Shown here piece by piece: positions 1 through 12,214 of a stretch of DNA of 64,000 nucleotides (position 1 is its first letter; each line of letters begins with the position of its first letter). Below the pieces are notes generated by a model, which saw only the letters and a program-made list of their open reading frames with translations, was not told the origin of the DNA and searched no databases. Where the stretch lies: positions 310,001-374,000 of the forward strand of contig MU008166.1 in the NCBI GenBank assembly GCA_010909165.1, given 5' to 3'. This DNA comes from Anthoceros angustus (lineage: Eukaryota; Plantae; Anthocerotophyta). The position numbers and the translations under genes were made by a program.

Positions 1-279
1 ATATTTTATTTGGTTTTTCATGAAATCTTATGTAGAATGCACGGATCTACCTATGGTTTTAGCTCACAGTTGGATGATAGTGGGATGAGTAATGATGGAT
101 GTTTTGTTATTCCTTTAATACTTTCATTGGTTGGAGCGTACTTCTTTCATTGGGATATTGAGCAGCAGTCTTCAACGAGATTTTGGTGGAAGTTTCCGCC
201 AAAATACAACTTGGAGTTCTTTACACATGCTTGCTTGGCACCTGATGGGGCAAGAACAGTTGGATGCACAATGGAGGAA

Positions 280-1227
280 GAGTGCAGGATGGCCTACTCA
301 AATTTTCAAGCTTTTGGTGGAAGAATTACGTCCTTACATCCAAAAGAAGTCTAATGTGCCACCTTTGCAACTTGAGCTTGAGAGTTGCCATGGTCTTGCA
401 TGTTAGCTTATGGAGCATCTCCTAAAGTTGTCGCTAACACCTATGGAGTTGGACCATCCATCGTGATGAGTATACCAAGTTGATTACTAGCATCCTTAGT
501 AATCCAAGGAAGTTGGCTTCAAAGTTCATCAACATGCCAAGTGGCCAACGACAACTAGCATGTGCGATAAGTTTTTGCATTGGAGTTCCAAATATGGTGG
601 GTGCAATTGATGGTTCGCACATCAAATTGGCCGCTAAGCGCTAACAAGTATACTCCGGCCAGACACGTCGCCATGACATGCATAGCGTCATTCTTCAAGG
701 AGTCGTGACTATAATCAAATCTTTTGGATGTAAGTTGCATTGCTCCGGAGGTGTCCATGACTGTGTTGGAAGAGTAGTGTGTGGGCAAGATTACATCGAC
801 ATGACATCTTGACGAGCCAACGATATTGGTTGGCAACACTAATGTTCGCCTTTTATTGTTGGTGATAGTGCTTATCCAATCATGCCTTTCCTCATGAAGG
901 CATATGATACACCATGCGCACTGCATAAACGAAGGTTCAATAGGAGTCTGCGCAAAGGAAGGGTGAAAATTGAAAATGCATTTGGGAATTTGAAGAACAG
1001 TGGCGATTCGAAGACATAAATGTGGCTCTTCCTTATGTGGGGCAGTAGTAGCTTGCATGGTGTTACATAATTTTGCATCATGCACAAGGAGCCCGATGTG
1101 GCAAATGTGCCGGAAAATCCGGACCCTTATCCCATGCACCATCGCCATTTTATTTGGAGAATGCCATGGAGGCGGCTTCAACGAGTGGGCAACGAACAAA
1201 GACAAGCATTGTTGGAGTTTTGGGTGA
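280..1227 (+). mobile_element. PIF/Harbinger transposase (DDE_Tnp_4/HARBI1-like), frameshifted remnant
   Basis: Motifs across shifting frames: IFKLLVEELRPYIQKK; HTH-like GASPKVVANTYGVG; GVPNMVGAIDGSHIKL (582-629, first D at 609); HSVILQGVV..YNQIF..V.CIAP.GVHD; FIVGDSAYPIMPFLMKAY (D at 864); RFNRSLRKGRVKIENAFGNLK (E at 972); VVACMVLHNF. Several stops and frameshifts. Confidence 0.9.
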
Positions 1228-1414
1228 ATACAAATTGTTGAGGCAAATTGTGATTGTTATTGTATGTTAGAAAGTATGGGAGGCCATCATGCCCAAAGAA
1301 ATAATTATCACCTTTAAATCAAGGTATCACAAAACACAAGAAGTCTCAAATTACATTATTAGAAGGGGCCTATGCTGCCCGAATTGAAACGTCTGCTATT
1401 CCTCCCATGCTACA

Positions 1415-2337
1415 TCACCTGTCATCATCAGAATGAGAAGTAGGCCTGTTCCGTTTTGTTCCAACTTGGGAACTGGCAAACAATTCTGCTATCTTCAACT
1501 GGATTTCGGCTTGCATCTGCTGATGTTGTAAATCATGAAGTACTCTGGCATGGTCCACACTCTGCATGAATTCCAGTCTTTGTCTCTCCAACTCCCGTGC
1601 GTGAAGCAACTTAGCCTCCTCAATCTGCACATAACTTTGGGCAAAAGCTTGCATACCTTGAAAATCGACTTGCCACAAGGATAATTTTCTTGTCTTTCTT
1701 TTCCCACAGCTCGTTGTGCGGACACCCGGCAAGCTTTTCGATCCGGGATAGAGGGGTATCTGGTGTCGTTTCCCCATTATCTGGACAAGAATCTGTTGCT
1801 GCTGAGGACGGAGCGGGAGTTGGCATGGTGTCCTTGCCACCAAGCTTGGCTGGGGAGGTTTGCAGTATCCTGGTGAAGGTCTTCATCTTCAAGGTTGATA
1901 AAATGGAGCAATTGGGTCCTCATTCACGGAAGAAGTGCCATCAACCGCAAAGCTCCCAACATCAACGGACCTGGAATGCCACAAAATTTGGTTGTGCCTA
2001 AGAAGGAGTCCATCGTCAAGAAAGGCCAAGAGCTTGGTGTCCCCACGATGTATGCTTGACCTTCTCTCCTTCGCTTGTATTTCTTCTTGAGCCTCTACCT
2101 TCCTTACATTGCTTCCGAGCAGTCCAGTGCGATGCGGAGAAACCAAACTGCAAATTTCATGCCAATGTTTCACCTCTAGATTGCCTTTGTTCACCTGGAA
2201 ATACTTCTCTTGAAACAAGGCAATCAATCTCTGGTGCCTTCATCTGTCCAAGTCGCCTTTTCCTGACCAACCGGCTGGCTGCAGTGTTCAAGGTGCCCGC
2301 GAGGAAAATCTGCTATGGAACGCGGCAGGTCTGCCAT
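1415..2337 (-). mobile_element. Harbinger ORF1: Myb/SANT (trihelix-type) DNA-binding protein, frameshifted
   Basis: ATG at 2337, then KATWTDEGTR..LIALFQEKYFQVNKGNLEVKHWHEI (Myb_DNA-bind_4-like) and a C-terminal coiled coil QAFAQSYVQIEEAKLLHARELERQRLEF. Convergent with the transposase, the usual two-gene Harbinger layout. Confidence 0.8.
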
Positions 2338-2707
2338 AGCTTTCTAGGGCACAAAGCGGCTTGGTACGGCTAGTTGGAAGATCTTGGGTTGTTCAATGCA
2401 GCACAAAACATCTGGGGTGATCAAAATGCACCCGGGATGGAGCACGGGTTGAGGGCGCGGTGGTATGCAGACACTGCGACTACGAAGTCTGGCCGCAGTC
2501 GCAGTGACAAGCGCAGAGTGGATCCACAACAGCTTAATTTAGGTGAGCCCGGTGAGCAAGGAAGCTGCGCAGTTTCCTGGGCAGGACGAACTGCGCTGTG
2601 GTTTTCTTTATGTGAACAGGCTATGAGACGGCCCAGAAGACCGAGAGGTGCAAGCTGTAAGGTGTCCGGCCCTACCTCAGACCTTGGAAGGGTGAACACC
2701 TCACATG

Positions 2708-2778
2708 GTTTGTAGGGACTTTTGAAGTTTTTAGCCTCTCCACGTTTGTAGGGACTTTTGAAGTTTTTAGCCTCTCCA
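2708..2778. repeat. Tandem duplication, 2 x 35 bp (period 36)
   Basis: GTTTGTAGGGACTTTTGAAGTTTTTAGCCTCTCCA at 2708 and 2744. Confidence 0.95.
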
Positions 2779-3174
2779 GTCTGCAGGTTGCAAGGGCGTC
2801 CAGCCCTGTCTTGCGGGTCGAATGCACGCCAATCACTTTGGACTCCTGGACGAGGGAAGTTACCGTGGAGGGCCCAGTATTCCACTGGTTACTCTTTTAC
2901 AAAAACGGCAGCTGGCCCTAGCTTCCAAAGGTTTCCCAACTCTTCATGATACTAGGTCAGGCTAGGTGCCTCGAGATGGGCTGGCTCCAACCTCCCACTA
3001 CCCACCACCCTAGGATGACCCCGAGGTCCAGAAAGACCGATTCACTCAAGCTGCCGAGACTGGGCGGCAGGCAAGCATTTGGCAAGTAGCTGCCAAAGTC
3101 CAACCTCTCAAGGGTGTAACAAAATCTCGATCTCCAGGGTATTGTGGCATGTTGTGAGAGAGGAGCGTGCTCAT

Positions 3175-4628
3175 TACATCTGCAACCCTTGCCTCTCCTT
3201 GGCTTTGAAGTCAGCATAGGGAACTAAGTGGGATAGGCAAGGTCACCCTGAACTTCCCTCGTCCTGTAAGCGGGTCCACAGGTACACCTGCCCTATCAGA
3301 GACACCATCTTGCACCCCAACTGCACGTAGTAAGGCTTCAGTCACGGTCATTCTGAGCTCAACAGCCAGATCATGTGGATCTGAGTGAAAGTCACCAACA
3401 AGAACAAGGATGTAACCGCCCGGTAGACTTCCAACACCTCTCCAATACAAACAGAACAGAGTTGACGGAACACAAGCAAGGGCGAAGAACACACCTGCAC
3501 GCGAAGCCGGCGAAGCTGGTTAAGCACAAAAGTTGTAGTCGTTGTGCAGCCGCAACACTTCTTGTTCAGCAGGCTTAGCAGCAGACTTCTCCAATTCTAT
3601 GGTATCCAGGCTCTCCCACTCCTAGAGAGACATAAGCTCATCGACAGGATAGGGGTTCACAATAGATGTGGCAGCAGGATATGAGAAGGGATATTCCTAA
3701 CCATCCTTGCATTTGCCTTTGCCAATGCTTCGTCCCTGGTGACCAGCTCAGCAGACTGGATGACATTCTCCATTTCTGCTGTAAAATCTCCTAAAGCGGA
3801 CTTCCTGATCAAGCCCCTGGCACATCGTTCAGTCTGCAAACCAATGATGCACAAAAGTCTCACCATAGTCAGATTACAAGCACAGGGCCAGCCACAGCAA
3901 TCCCGACTTCCAGCTCTCTATAGTACGAAAGAACTGAGAAACGACGAACATGCCCTTAATTTTGAACGCTGACTGCCGAGAGCTCATCATCTCAGGGGTC
4001 ATTGCTGCCTCATTCACTTCATCGGCGTTGGTATGCCTATACAGCACGCCTTTCACTCTTGGCTCCAATCGGAGAACCTAATGCATCACACGGTGAGACA
4101 AAAACTTTCCACCTGCACCTACACGGATGGTCATTACTTTGCACACCAGATTCCTATCGACTACTCCCTCAAACATCCATCCTCTGAAAGAAACCGAGAC
4201 CAACAGCACACCTTTTCTCCAGCAACCGGCATCAGCTTCAGCGTCCCGTCATCCTTGCTGAACACCCCAAGTGCGTGGCTGCAGGGATGCCAGATGGCAG
4301 CTTCACCAGTGCAGTTCGTCCCCACAAAATCTACACTCCCGTTTGCCCTGGCAACCAGCTGATGCTGCAGGTGCTTGAACTTCTGGGGATTCTGAAATGT
4401 AGCCAACTGTGTTACTTCTGAGGATTCTGAAATGTAACCAACTGTGTTAAGGGAGGCAGATCCTCGAATCTACCGCCGGCCATGCTCGCCGTCGCTGGAT
4501 CAAATCCCGTGAGGAAGTAGCCAACAAACGGCCCGGTCTGCCCCTCCACTCTTCACGTCAACCCTCCGCCTCTTCTTTCGGTGACTCTGGCCATCTCGAC
4601 CCTGGCGCTTGCTCCCCGGAGTTTCCAT
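3175..4628 (-). pseudogene. RPA49: RNA polymerase I subunit RPA49/PAF53-like pseudogene
   Basis: ATG at 4628 (METPGSKRQG..RKKRRRV), then GPFVGYFLTGFDP; LVARANGSVDFVGTNCTGEAAIWHPCSHALGVFSKDDGTLKLMPVAGEK; RLEPRVKG; RNIP..PAATSIVNPYPVDEL; GYILVLVGDFHSDPHDLAVELRMT..VTLPIPL. These resemble plant A49-like proteins from memory. Lesions: a 35-bp tandem duplication (4381-4449) creating TAA, an in-frame TAG near 3638, and several frameshifts. Confidence 0.75.
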
Positions 4629-5126
4629 CTCCCCTTAGTCTCTACAAGCCGCTTGCTCTGATTAACCAGTGGAGCTTTGGGAGACGTCAAAAATGCAAAT
4701 TAGGGTTGGGGAAATGGAAAAGGGAACAATCCTGGCCCACCAGGCTGCCAAATACCACCTCACAGTGTCCCATAGCCCGCCTACGTGCATGAAGCTCCTG
4801 CAAGCCTGCTCCCTCAGCCTGACGTGGCGTGCACTCGTTGCCTTGGTGGTTTCAACCAGAATTTTCCGCTAGTTGTTCCTTCCTTGCTGCCCAAAAATCC
4901 AGGCGCTGCGGAGTTGATAGACCGCTGTAGCAGTTTGTCTGACAAAGGCTAGACAGTGCTCGAATTGGACGAAATCTCCTGAAGTTCAAACCTTTGGCGA
5001 AGGCTATGCGGTGGCTGGTGCAGACATGATGGACAGGGCTGTAATTTGTCCAGGACATGCGTAGGTTCACATGCCAAACAGCCTGTCATTTCTTCAGTTT
5101 TCAGCAGCAGCGGTGAGGACGCCATC

Positions 5127-6480
5127 ATGTTCAGCCGGCTTTTCGGGAAGCAAAAAGATGACGGGGGATCTTCCACCCTTGCAACGCTTGACAAGCTCAA
5201 TGAGGTGCGCTCAATTGTTGCTTGCTAACAGCATTTGGTGGAGAAGTTGAGACAGGGAATCAGTGTCCTGCACAGTCGCAGAAGGTTTGCCGGGGCAAGT
5301 TGTGGAGGGTCTGTTCTTGCGGACAGACGTGGATGAAAATGACGGGAAGGATGCAGAGAGGGGTTGTCTTCGCACGATTAGGGAGAATTCGGAAGCGTTT
5401 CATTGGTAGGCACCGACTTCACTCCATTCTGTTGGTGCAGGTTCTCGAGTCGTTGGAGAAGAAGGAACACTTTCTGCAGAAGAAGGTAGCCCTACAAGTT
5501 GAAAAAGCCAGGGAGGCTACCCGAGCTAAGAACAAGAAAGGTGAAGAGCTAGGGCTGCTTCACTGGCTCGAGTTTGTTAGTCGTGTTGCTAATTTTGTCT
5601 CTGACCGTGTTGGGTTTCTCGCATTTAGCTGCCATTCAGTTTCTAAAGAGAAAGAAGATGTATGAAGTGCAAATCGAACAGCTTGGGAATTTTCAATTGC
5701 GGATTCATGACCAGGTAAGACTGCAATGTACCGTCACCATGTGCGAATGAGCGAATAAGCATGTGACTGTATCGTGGCTATGATCTGTTGCACTGGAATG
5801 GCTTTTCTGAGTTGATGGTGTATTTTGCAGTGCTTTAAAAGTCTTGAGTTGGTAATGTCGTAGATGATTTTGCTAGAAGGAGCAAAAGCAACAACTGAAA
5901 CTGTCGATGCACTCCGGACAGCAGCCTCTGCAATGAAAGCTATGCAAAAGGCCACGTATGGACTCCCCCTGCCTGCTGTGTAGCTTTTTTTTTGTACTGT
6001 TCATGCCTGTAGGTAGTTTTGATCTTTGTATTCCTAACACCTGGGAACGGATAATGTGAACAACAAATTTGTGATTGAAGCAGCCTGGTTTGGTGATTGT
6101 AGGAATATGGATGATGTGGACAAGACTATGGATGATATCAGCGAACAGGCAGACAACATGAAGCAGATTCAAGATGCACTAGCAGGTCCCTTGCCTGGGG
6201 CAGAGTATGACGAGGTAGTAGCAAATCTAGCTGCTGCTCGTTTGCCCTACTCCGGACTCAAGACTGAAAGTTTTAGTGTTTTTGGCTGGCATGGCAGGAT
6301 GATTTAGAGGCTGAATTGCTTGAGCTAGAAGGGGCTGATTTGGGGGAGGAGGTTCTGCCCACTCCATTACCAGCTGCACCTGCACCGCAGCTGCCCACGA
6401 AGCTTACTCCACAAACGGGTCAGGCTGACAGCTCAGGAGACGAGGAGCTTGAAGCTTTGCAGAAAGAGATGGCCCTGTAG
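5127..6480 (+). CDS. SNF7: ESCRT-III subunit SNF7/VPS32, 216 aa, 6 exons
   Basis: Exons 5127-5204, 5441-5540, 5629-5714, 5864-5955, 6103-6214, 6298-6480; all GT-AG, 651 nt in frame. MFSRLFGK..TLATLDKLNE/VLESLEKKE..KNKK/AAIQFLKRKKMYE..QLRIHDQ/MILLEGAKATTETVDALRT/..DDVDKTMDDI..QIQDAL/DDLEAELLELE..ELEALQKEMAL*. Confidence 0.97.
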
Positions 6481-8415
6481 GCATGGTGCACTTGATTCTG
6501 AGATGGAAGTACCGGTGGTCGTTTCCTTTTCCGGGCATTCTTGGGGCCAGCACGAGAGTGGACCATCTAGTGCACCCCTGTAACTGTGTGGTTGTGGTCT
6601 TCCGTATCAGCCAAACAAGCTGATTCGGTAGAGGATCACGATGAAACCTGTACAAGATGTAATCTATGGCGTTCCGCGCATGCACGTGATAAGATAGCAG
6701 TTGCCACACAGGTTTCAAGTTGGCAGAGCAAGTTTGAGTTGTGGAAATGCCTTGTGTACATAACTGGGCAATATCTCTGCAATTGCAGGGTCTGTTGTCC
6801 GCTTGTAGCTAGCGTTTTGTAAGATGTATAGCTTGTGACCACCTCGAGCTCTGTTGCGTCTACGCTTTCTTGACGAAATGAAATCTTGTTTGGATCTGGT
6901 GAGGGTGAGCGAGAAGGTACGCTACGTTCTCCTGATGAGCAGCAGCGGGGCATTTCAATGGTCGGTGGCCACTGCAGGGGAGCTGGGAATAACATATGTG
7001 TTTGTCAAGCTGAAGTGTGAGTGGCTGCGGGATCCTGCTAAGGTGTCCTCCTCAGCCTCCTCTGTCGTTATGTGATGCAGGTTCCACTTGGAGTGGAAGG
7101 CAGGTTCGGATCCAACATCTAATAAGAGGCTTCCCCCAATCCTCACCGCTGGGTCGGACACAGATACACACGTTCCCGGAGGTGGTCCCATCCCATGTCA
7201 CTGACGCAGTGCATTCTCCGAGTCTTTACTGACCCGCGTACGCAGATCAGAGAGGGTACATCAGATGTTGGTGGTGCCGCTGTGGCTTCATGCCTCGGAA
7301 TCCTGAACCCATACGGACGCATTGTGGCATGAAAACAACATGACAAGACGGGTCGGCCGGCGCCTGTGAGCCTGTAAGAGTTGCCGTTCATGTTGCAGAG
7401 AGTTGGGGGAATCTCGAGCACTTGGGCACTACAAAATGGGCTGGAAATCAGAAAGCTGCCAGGGGCAGCCGACAAGAGATCTCATGAGAAGTTGACTTGT
7501 ACCCGCACCCACTTTCCATGGCCAGCACTAGTCTAACATGGCTACATCCTTTCTTTTTCTTGTATGTATGTAGGTGAAATCCAAACCCTCTCTCTCTTTC
7601 CCTCTCATGTCATCTGTCTAAGAGAGAAGACAGAAGAGATGGTGGGTATTGTTTAGTAAAACCTTGCTTTCACTCCCCGATGCAGACTGCAGAGGAAGAA
7701 TCTGCATGCGAGTAAAAAATCCGTGCAAAGGAGTCAAGACTAGGAGGAGGGGAGAGAGTGTCGTGTGTTGTATGCATGTACTGTAATAGTTTTGTGCAGC
7801 TTTGTCTTGTTCCCCTGGGAGCTGAAGCACGAACTGGAACTGCAGAGTCGATGTGCAAGGAATCTTCCTCTTCCCCTGACAAGTATCCTTGTTGCCCCCT
7901 CCTGGCATTATGAAGGGAGGATTCTGGAGCACTTTCGGGCACTGTGCAAGAGGGTGGTGAGAACCTGGTGGTGTTGTTGAGAGCGTTGGGATATACCTTG
8001 GGCTGGGAAGGCGGACTGGCCACTGGTGCAGCAGGGCAGACTGGTGCAGGGCCGGAGTGCCGGAGTGCTGGAGTGCTGGAGTGGTGATGCATCCAATGAA
8101 CACCTTTCGGCACCAGAAATCGGCAAACAACAAAGACATGAGCGGGAAGCCATCATTCTGGGTAACGAATACCTCACTTGGCCTTTGCGTTTACTGCATC
8201 CGTGCTCTTTGTTGCTATGCTTGGGAGTCAAACATCCGTCTTATCGCTGCCAAATCCATCATTACTCCCCAAGGACGACAGGCAGGTGATGCATAGGTAC
8301 CGGATGAAAATGATGGCCGCGTCTGTGTCTGTGTCTGCGTCTGTGGTGGTTCGTTAGTTACCAGTGCAGTGCACAACTGTGCGGTGGGCACCAGCGAGCT
8401 GCCGCTGCCTTGCCC

Positions 8416-10156
8416 CTGTGCTGTGCTGTGCTGTGCTGTGCTGTTCTGCTGTGCTGCTGTGCACAGTGCTTCGCTGTGCTGTGGATATCATTGTGAATGT
8501 GGCCGTCTGCACGTTGCGTGTTGCAATAGGATATGGTTTGGTTGCTTTCATCACTGTCTGGCATGTGCGGTTTGTATGCCTCATCACGTACTCACTGATG
8601 CAGTTCTGGATTCGTAGATGCAGAAAGCATGTTCGCTTGTGATCTGATGCAGGCGGGCAGCGCAGGCGCAAGCCCTGCATCATCACCCACCGTCATTCCG
8701 GTGTTGAAGCAAAGCAGCAGGACTTTGTGTGGGAGACGCCTCGTGGGTCATAGTCATCGTCATCGTCATCGTCATCAACCCCCTCCTCCTTCTCCAGTCC
8801 TCCTCCTCTCCTGTAGGGCTCCGAGAAGCGGCAGGAAAGAACCTCGGACTGCTCAATTCTAAAAATAGTTGGCAAGTCTGGAAGTACTATCCCACGTCCT
8901 GCAATCTGGTTGTGTCGGTCTGGTCTGGTCTGGTCTGGCGTGTCCTGTCCTTGGCGCCAGAGCCCCATGCAACGGAAGGATTTGCAGCCTTGCCCTTTCT
9001 TTTTCCCCCATCCGTCTCGAGATTGCAGCATGGCGGTGATATTTGTCAGGGGGAGCGGCTCCCGAGAAGAAGCCCTGGGCCCGAGGCCCTGGGAAGGGAT
9101 ATGGCTACACCGTCCTCCATAGCGCCCACTATCACCCATCTTTCCCTGTTCTTTCCAGGATGGCTTCACTTTGCATTGCCTTGCTTTGCTTTGCTTTGCT
9201 TTGCTTTGCTGCAGCCTGGCCTGGAAGAGTCCTGACTCTGGAGTCTGGCCTGGCCTGGCCTGACCTGCCTGCCTGCCTGCCTGCCCCCGCTCAGAACAGA
9301 ACAGAACAGAATAGAACAGAACAGAACAGAACAGCCCCGGGTCCGGGCCCGATCCTTGTCCGGCAGGCAGGCCTCCAGTGCAATGATGCAGGTAAGGAAC
9401 CCGCAACTTAGCGTTTGTGACTTGTCGTTCTCGGCCCTCCAGCACATCACATCTGTGGAGCAAGGAATCTGTCACCAGTGCACAATGTTTGAGAATTAGG
9501 CTGCACTGTACTTACATGTGCGGGAAAAAGGGGGGGTGTGCTCACATGGTGCACGGATCCTGCTCACAGCTGCAGCTGCAGGCCCAGGCCAGGCCAAGCG
9601 GCAGCCCTAATAATCCCAGCTTCCCGGTGGAGCTAATCTCTCCACTCTCCACCCGTTTGATGTGCACGGCCCTGGCCCATGCCCTTTGACATCTCCTTGC
9701 CTTGCTTCCTCTCTTCCATGTGAGCGGCATCGGGGAATCTGAAGCCATGGGCTCGCCCGAGACAGTGCAGCAACAAAGAGCTAGAAACAAAAGGCGGGGC
9801 ATTATTGTCACATGAATGGCCACCCCACGGCGGCAGTGGTCCTGGAAAGGCAACAGGGAAAGCATATGTACAGCCCTGGCCCAGCCCCCCAGGCCTGTAC
9901 TGGTCAACACGATTGCTTGGCATGGAGCCCTGCCGGGGCCTGTGCCTGTGCCGGTGCCGGGCCCGGGCCCCTCCTCCTCCACCCCCTCCTCTCTGTGCGT
10001 ACAAGGTCCCTATGCTGTGCACGGGATTATATTAGTCTATGATACTTTCGTGAGTTCCATCGTCTTCCTCCTTCTCTTCTTTTTTCTTCTTCTTCTTCCC
10101 TTCCTCCCTCCCTCCTTCTTCCTCTTCTCCTTCTTCTCCGTCTCCTTCTCCTTCTC
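8416..10156. repeat. Cluster of microsatellites and a polypyrimidine tract
   Basis: (CTGTG)n 8416-8440; (CATCGT)n 8755-8776; (GGTCT)n 8918-8938; (TTTGC)n 9181-9209; (CCTG)n 9264-9283; (AGAAC)n 9293-9332; CT/CTT-rich tract ~10062-10156. Confidence 0.9.
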
Positions 10157-11070
10157 GGTAACGAGCCCAGCTGGGCTCGCGGGAAGCAATGAGGGCTCCC
10201 GTCCTGTCCTCCACCAGTCTGTGTACTGTACATGTGCATGCCATGTATGTACATATGTGTATGTAAAGGACTGCCCTCATCACGAGAGGAGAGAGAGCAA
10301 TTGCGTTGCGCGGCATGCGGATTGGTGAGAAGCGGAGGGGGAGCACCAGGAGGTAGCACGCGGGCGATGGGCGATGGGCGATTGGGATGGGTCACCCGTG
10401 CGGCGCATGCATGCATGCTTGGCCCACTGCCAGCTGCCCGACCTCCACGACGACGACATGCGGGTGGGCCGGCTACCCATGCCCCACATCATGCCACTCA
10501 TGTGTGTACTCGCTACTCGCATCGCTCTCATGCGCATCCTTTGCATGCCCCCTAACGGCCACCTCCCTGCTGCCTTCTTCCGTAGCTAACACCTAACAGA
10601 CGTCGCCACCCTGCACCTTAGTACATATCGCCGCTTGCGCTGTCGCTCGGTTATCCGTGGAAAGAAGCTCTAACATGTACTATGCGTCTCGAGACTCGAA
10701 GAGACGCGTCTTACGCGTCTTGTGGTGCAGTTGCAGTAAACAACAACACCTAAACCCTAACCCTAATGGAAGACACAAAGACCCTTGGCAGAAATGTTTC
10801 TTTTGATCACGAATTAACAACACTATTATTATGGTTTTATCCTCTCACATTCTTACGATATTATCGGCTTTACGATGATAAGTCATTGGAGCTACGTACA
10901 TTGATTTAAGAGAAATATGTAGAATGTTCTTCAATCAATAACATCTAACTTACAAATACACCACAACATAGAAGAAAATAATTCATAGACATGCAACTCA
11001 GGACCGAAGCCATACGCCTTTCAGTAGCATGAATCTAGAGCTCACCATCCATTGATGTGGTGTATGATAT

Positions 11071-11361
11071 CTAATATTCCAATACATGGCGTAGAGCTTT
11101 GAAATCAAGACATAGAGCTTCTATATTGCGTGATAGTAAAGCTTGGTCAAGTGCAGCAGCTTGTAACTCGATTTCCAGCCTTTTCTTAACTCGGCTTTTC
11201 TTTTCTTGCTCACTTAACCAGTCTTCCCATCGGCTCTTTGATACCTCGTGTCTCTCTTCATGAGTTTTATGGCATGTGAAATTCATTAATTCCTCCTTAA
11301 TCTCTTCAGGAAATCCATCGCACATCAAATTTATCGCTTCCTTCATAAGTTTTGGATCCAT
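11071..11361 (-). CDS. Orphan small intronless ORF in AT-rich island (96 aa, helical/coiled-coil)
   Basis: MDPKLMKEAINLMCDGFPEEIKEEL..RWEDWLSEQEKKSRVKKRLEIELQAAALDQALLSRNIEALCLDFKALRHVLEY*. Protein-like composition, no family recognised. Confidence 0.4.
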   Translation of the reverse strand: MDPKLMKEAINLMCDGFPEEIKEELMNFTCHKTHEERHEVSKSRWEDWLSEQEKKSRVKKRLEIELQAAALDQALLSRNIEALCLDFKALRHVLEY

Positions 11362-11884
11362 AGCGTCCTCTAATTCAAACACACTTTCCTCGAAAAAAAT
11401 ATCAAACACACTTCTAATATTTAGGGCAAGATAAGACGCCACACTCAAAATACAACATGGTTCGTCATCAACTTATGCTGATTAAATATTAATGTGATGT
11501 GAATTTGAACGGCTTTCCGAATAACTTTCGATGTTTTCGATTCCTCGTATTGGAATTCTTTAAAAATCTTGACAGATGGATAGAAAAATGCGCACAAACT
11601 TGTTGAAAAGGAAATATGAAGAGTTAAAATTTAATGTATTATATAGGTTAAAAGGACATTAATATGAAGCAAAAACGATTTGGTGCCATCACCACCAAAG
11701 AGATACTTTGAATGCCAAACGATTCGTAAAACTATTTTCAGGAAATATGATCCTCAATAATCAAACCTGGGGTACAATAACTTACTGTCAAAAGATTAAA
11801 ACTTTGATTATGATTAGACTTCGTTTGAAAAAGTAAAAACCCTATGATACCGAAAATAAACCAGTGTTCACTAAACTGAACAAA

Positions 11885-12214
11885 ATGTCACGTGAGTTAC
11901 TGCCATATGAAAGTAAAAGTCTTGAAGACCATGTGATTGAATTAGAAGACTTGGAGATTGAGCCAGATGATCACAATGTACAATCATCGAAGGAGGCCGG
12001 ACACGTAGACGTACAACCAAACCACATGAGACGTAGAGGATGGTGTTTGTCTATACTATGTTTAACACTATACTTCAATGAGTACAAAAGCTTTGTCTTC
12101 AACTTCACAATACTACTAGGAGTCCTAGCCGGAAGTATATGGTTGTTATTGTTCCTACTAATGTGCCCCAATGAAAACAAGGAGCTGTGCCCTTTCCAAA
12201 TAAAGAAACAATGA
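11885..12214 (+). CDS. Orphan small intronless ORF, acidic N-terminus and 1-2 hydrophobic segments
   Basis: MSRELLPYESKSLEDHVIELEDLEIEPDD..RRRGWCLSILCLTLYF..FVFNFTILLGVLAGSIWLLLFLLMCP..; divergent from the 11071-11361 ORF. Confidence 0.4.
   Translation: MSRELLPYESKSLEDHVIELEDLEIEPDDHNVQSSKEAGHVDVQPNHMRRRGWCLSILCLTLYFNEYKSFVFNFTILLGVLAGSIWLLLFLLMCPNENKELCPFQIKKQ

Noticed and set aside
2613-2625. GAACAGGC|TA as the Harbinger right terminus
   Set aside because: The left end lies outside or at the edge of the window, so no TIR pair or TSD can be verified.
6854-7480. Possible glycosyltransferase fragment (FQWSVATAGELGITYVF)
   Set aside because: One weak motif resemblance, no PSPG box and no consistent frame.
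10750-10767. Interstitial telomere array
   Set aside because: Only two to three imperfect units; compatible with a telo-box or chance.
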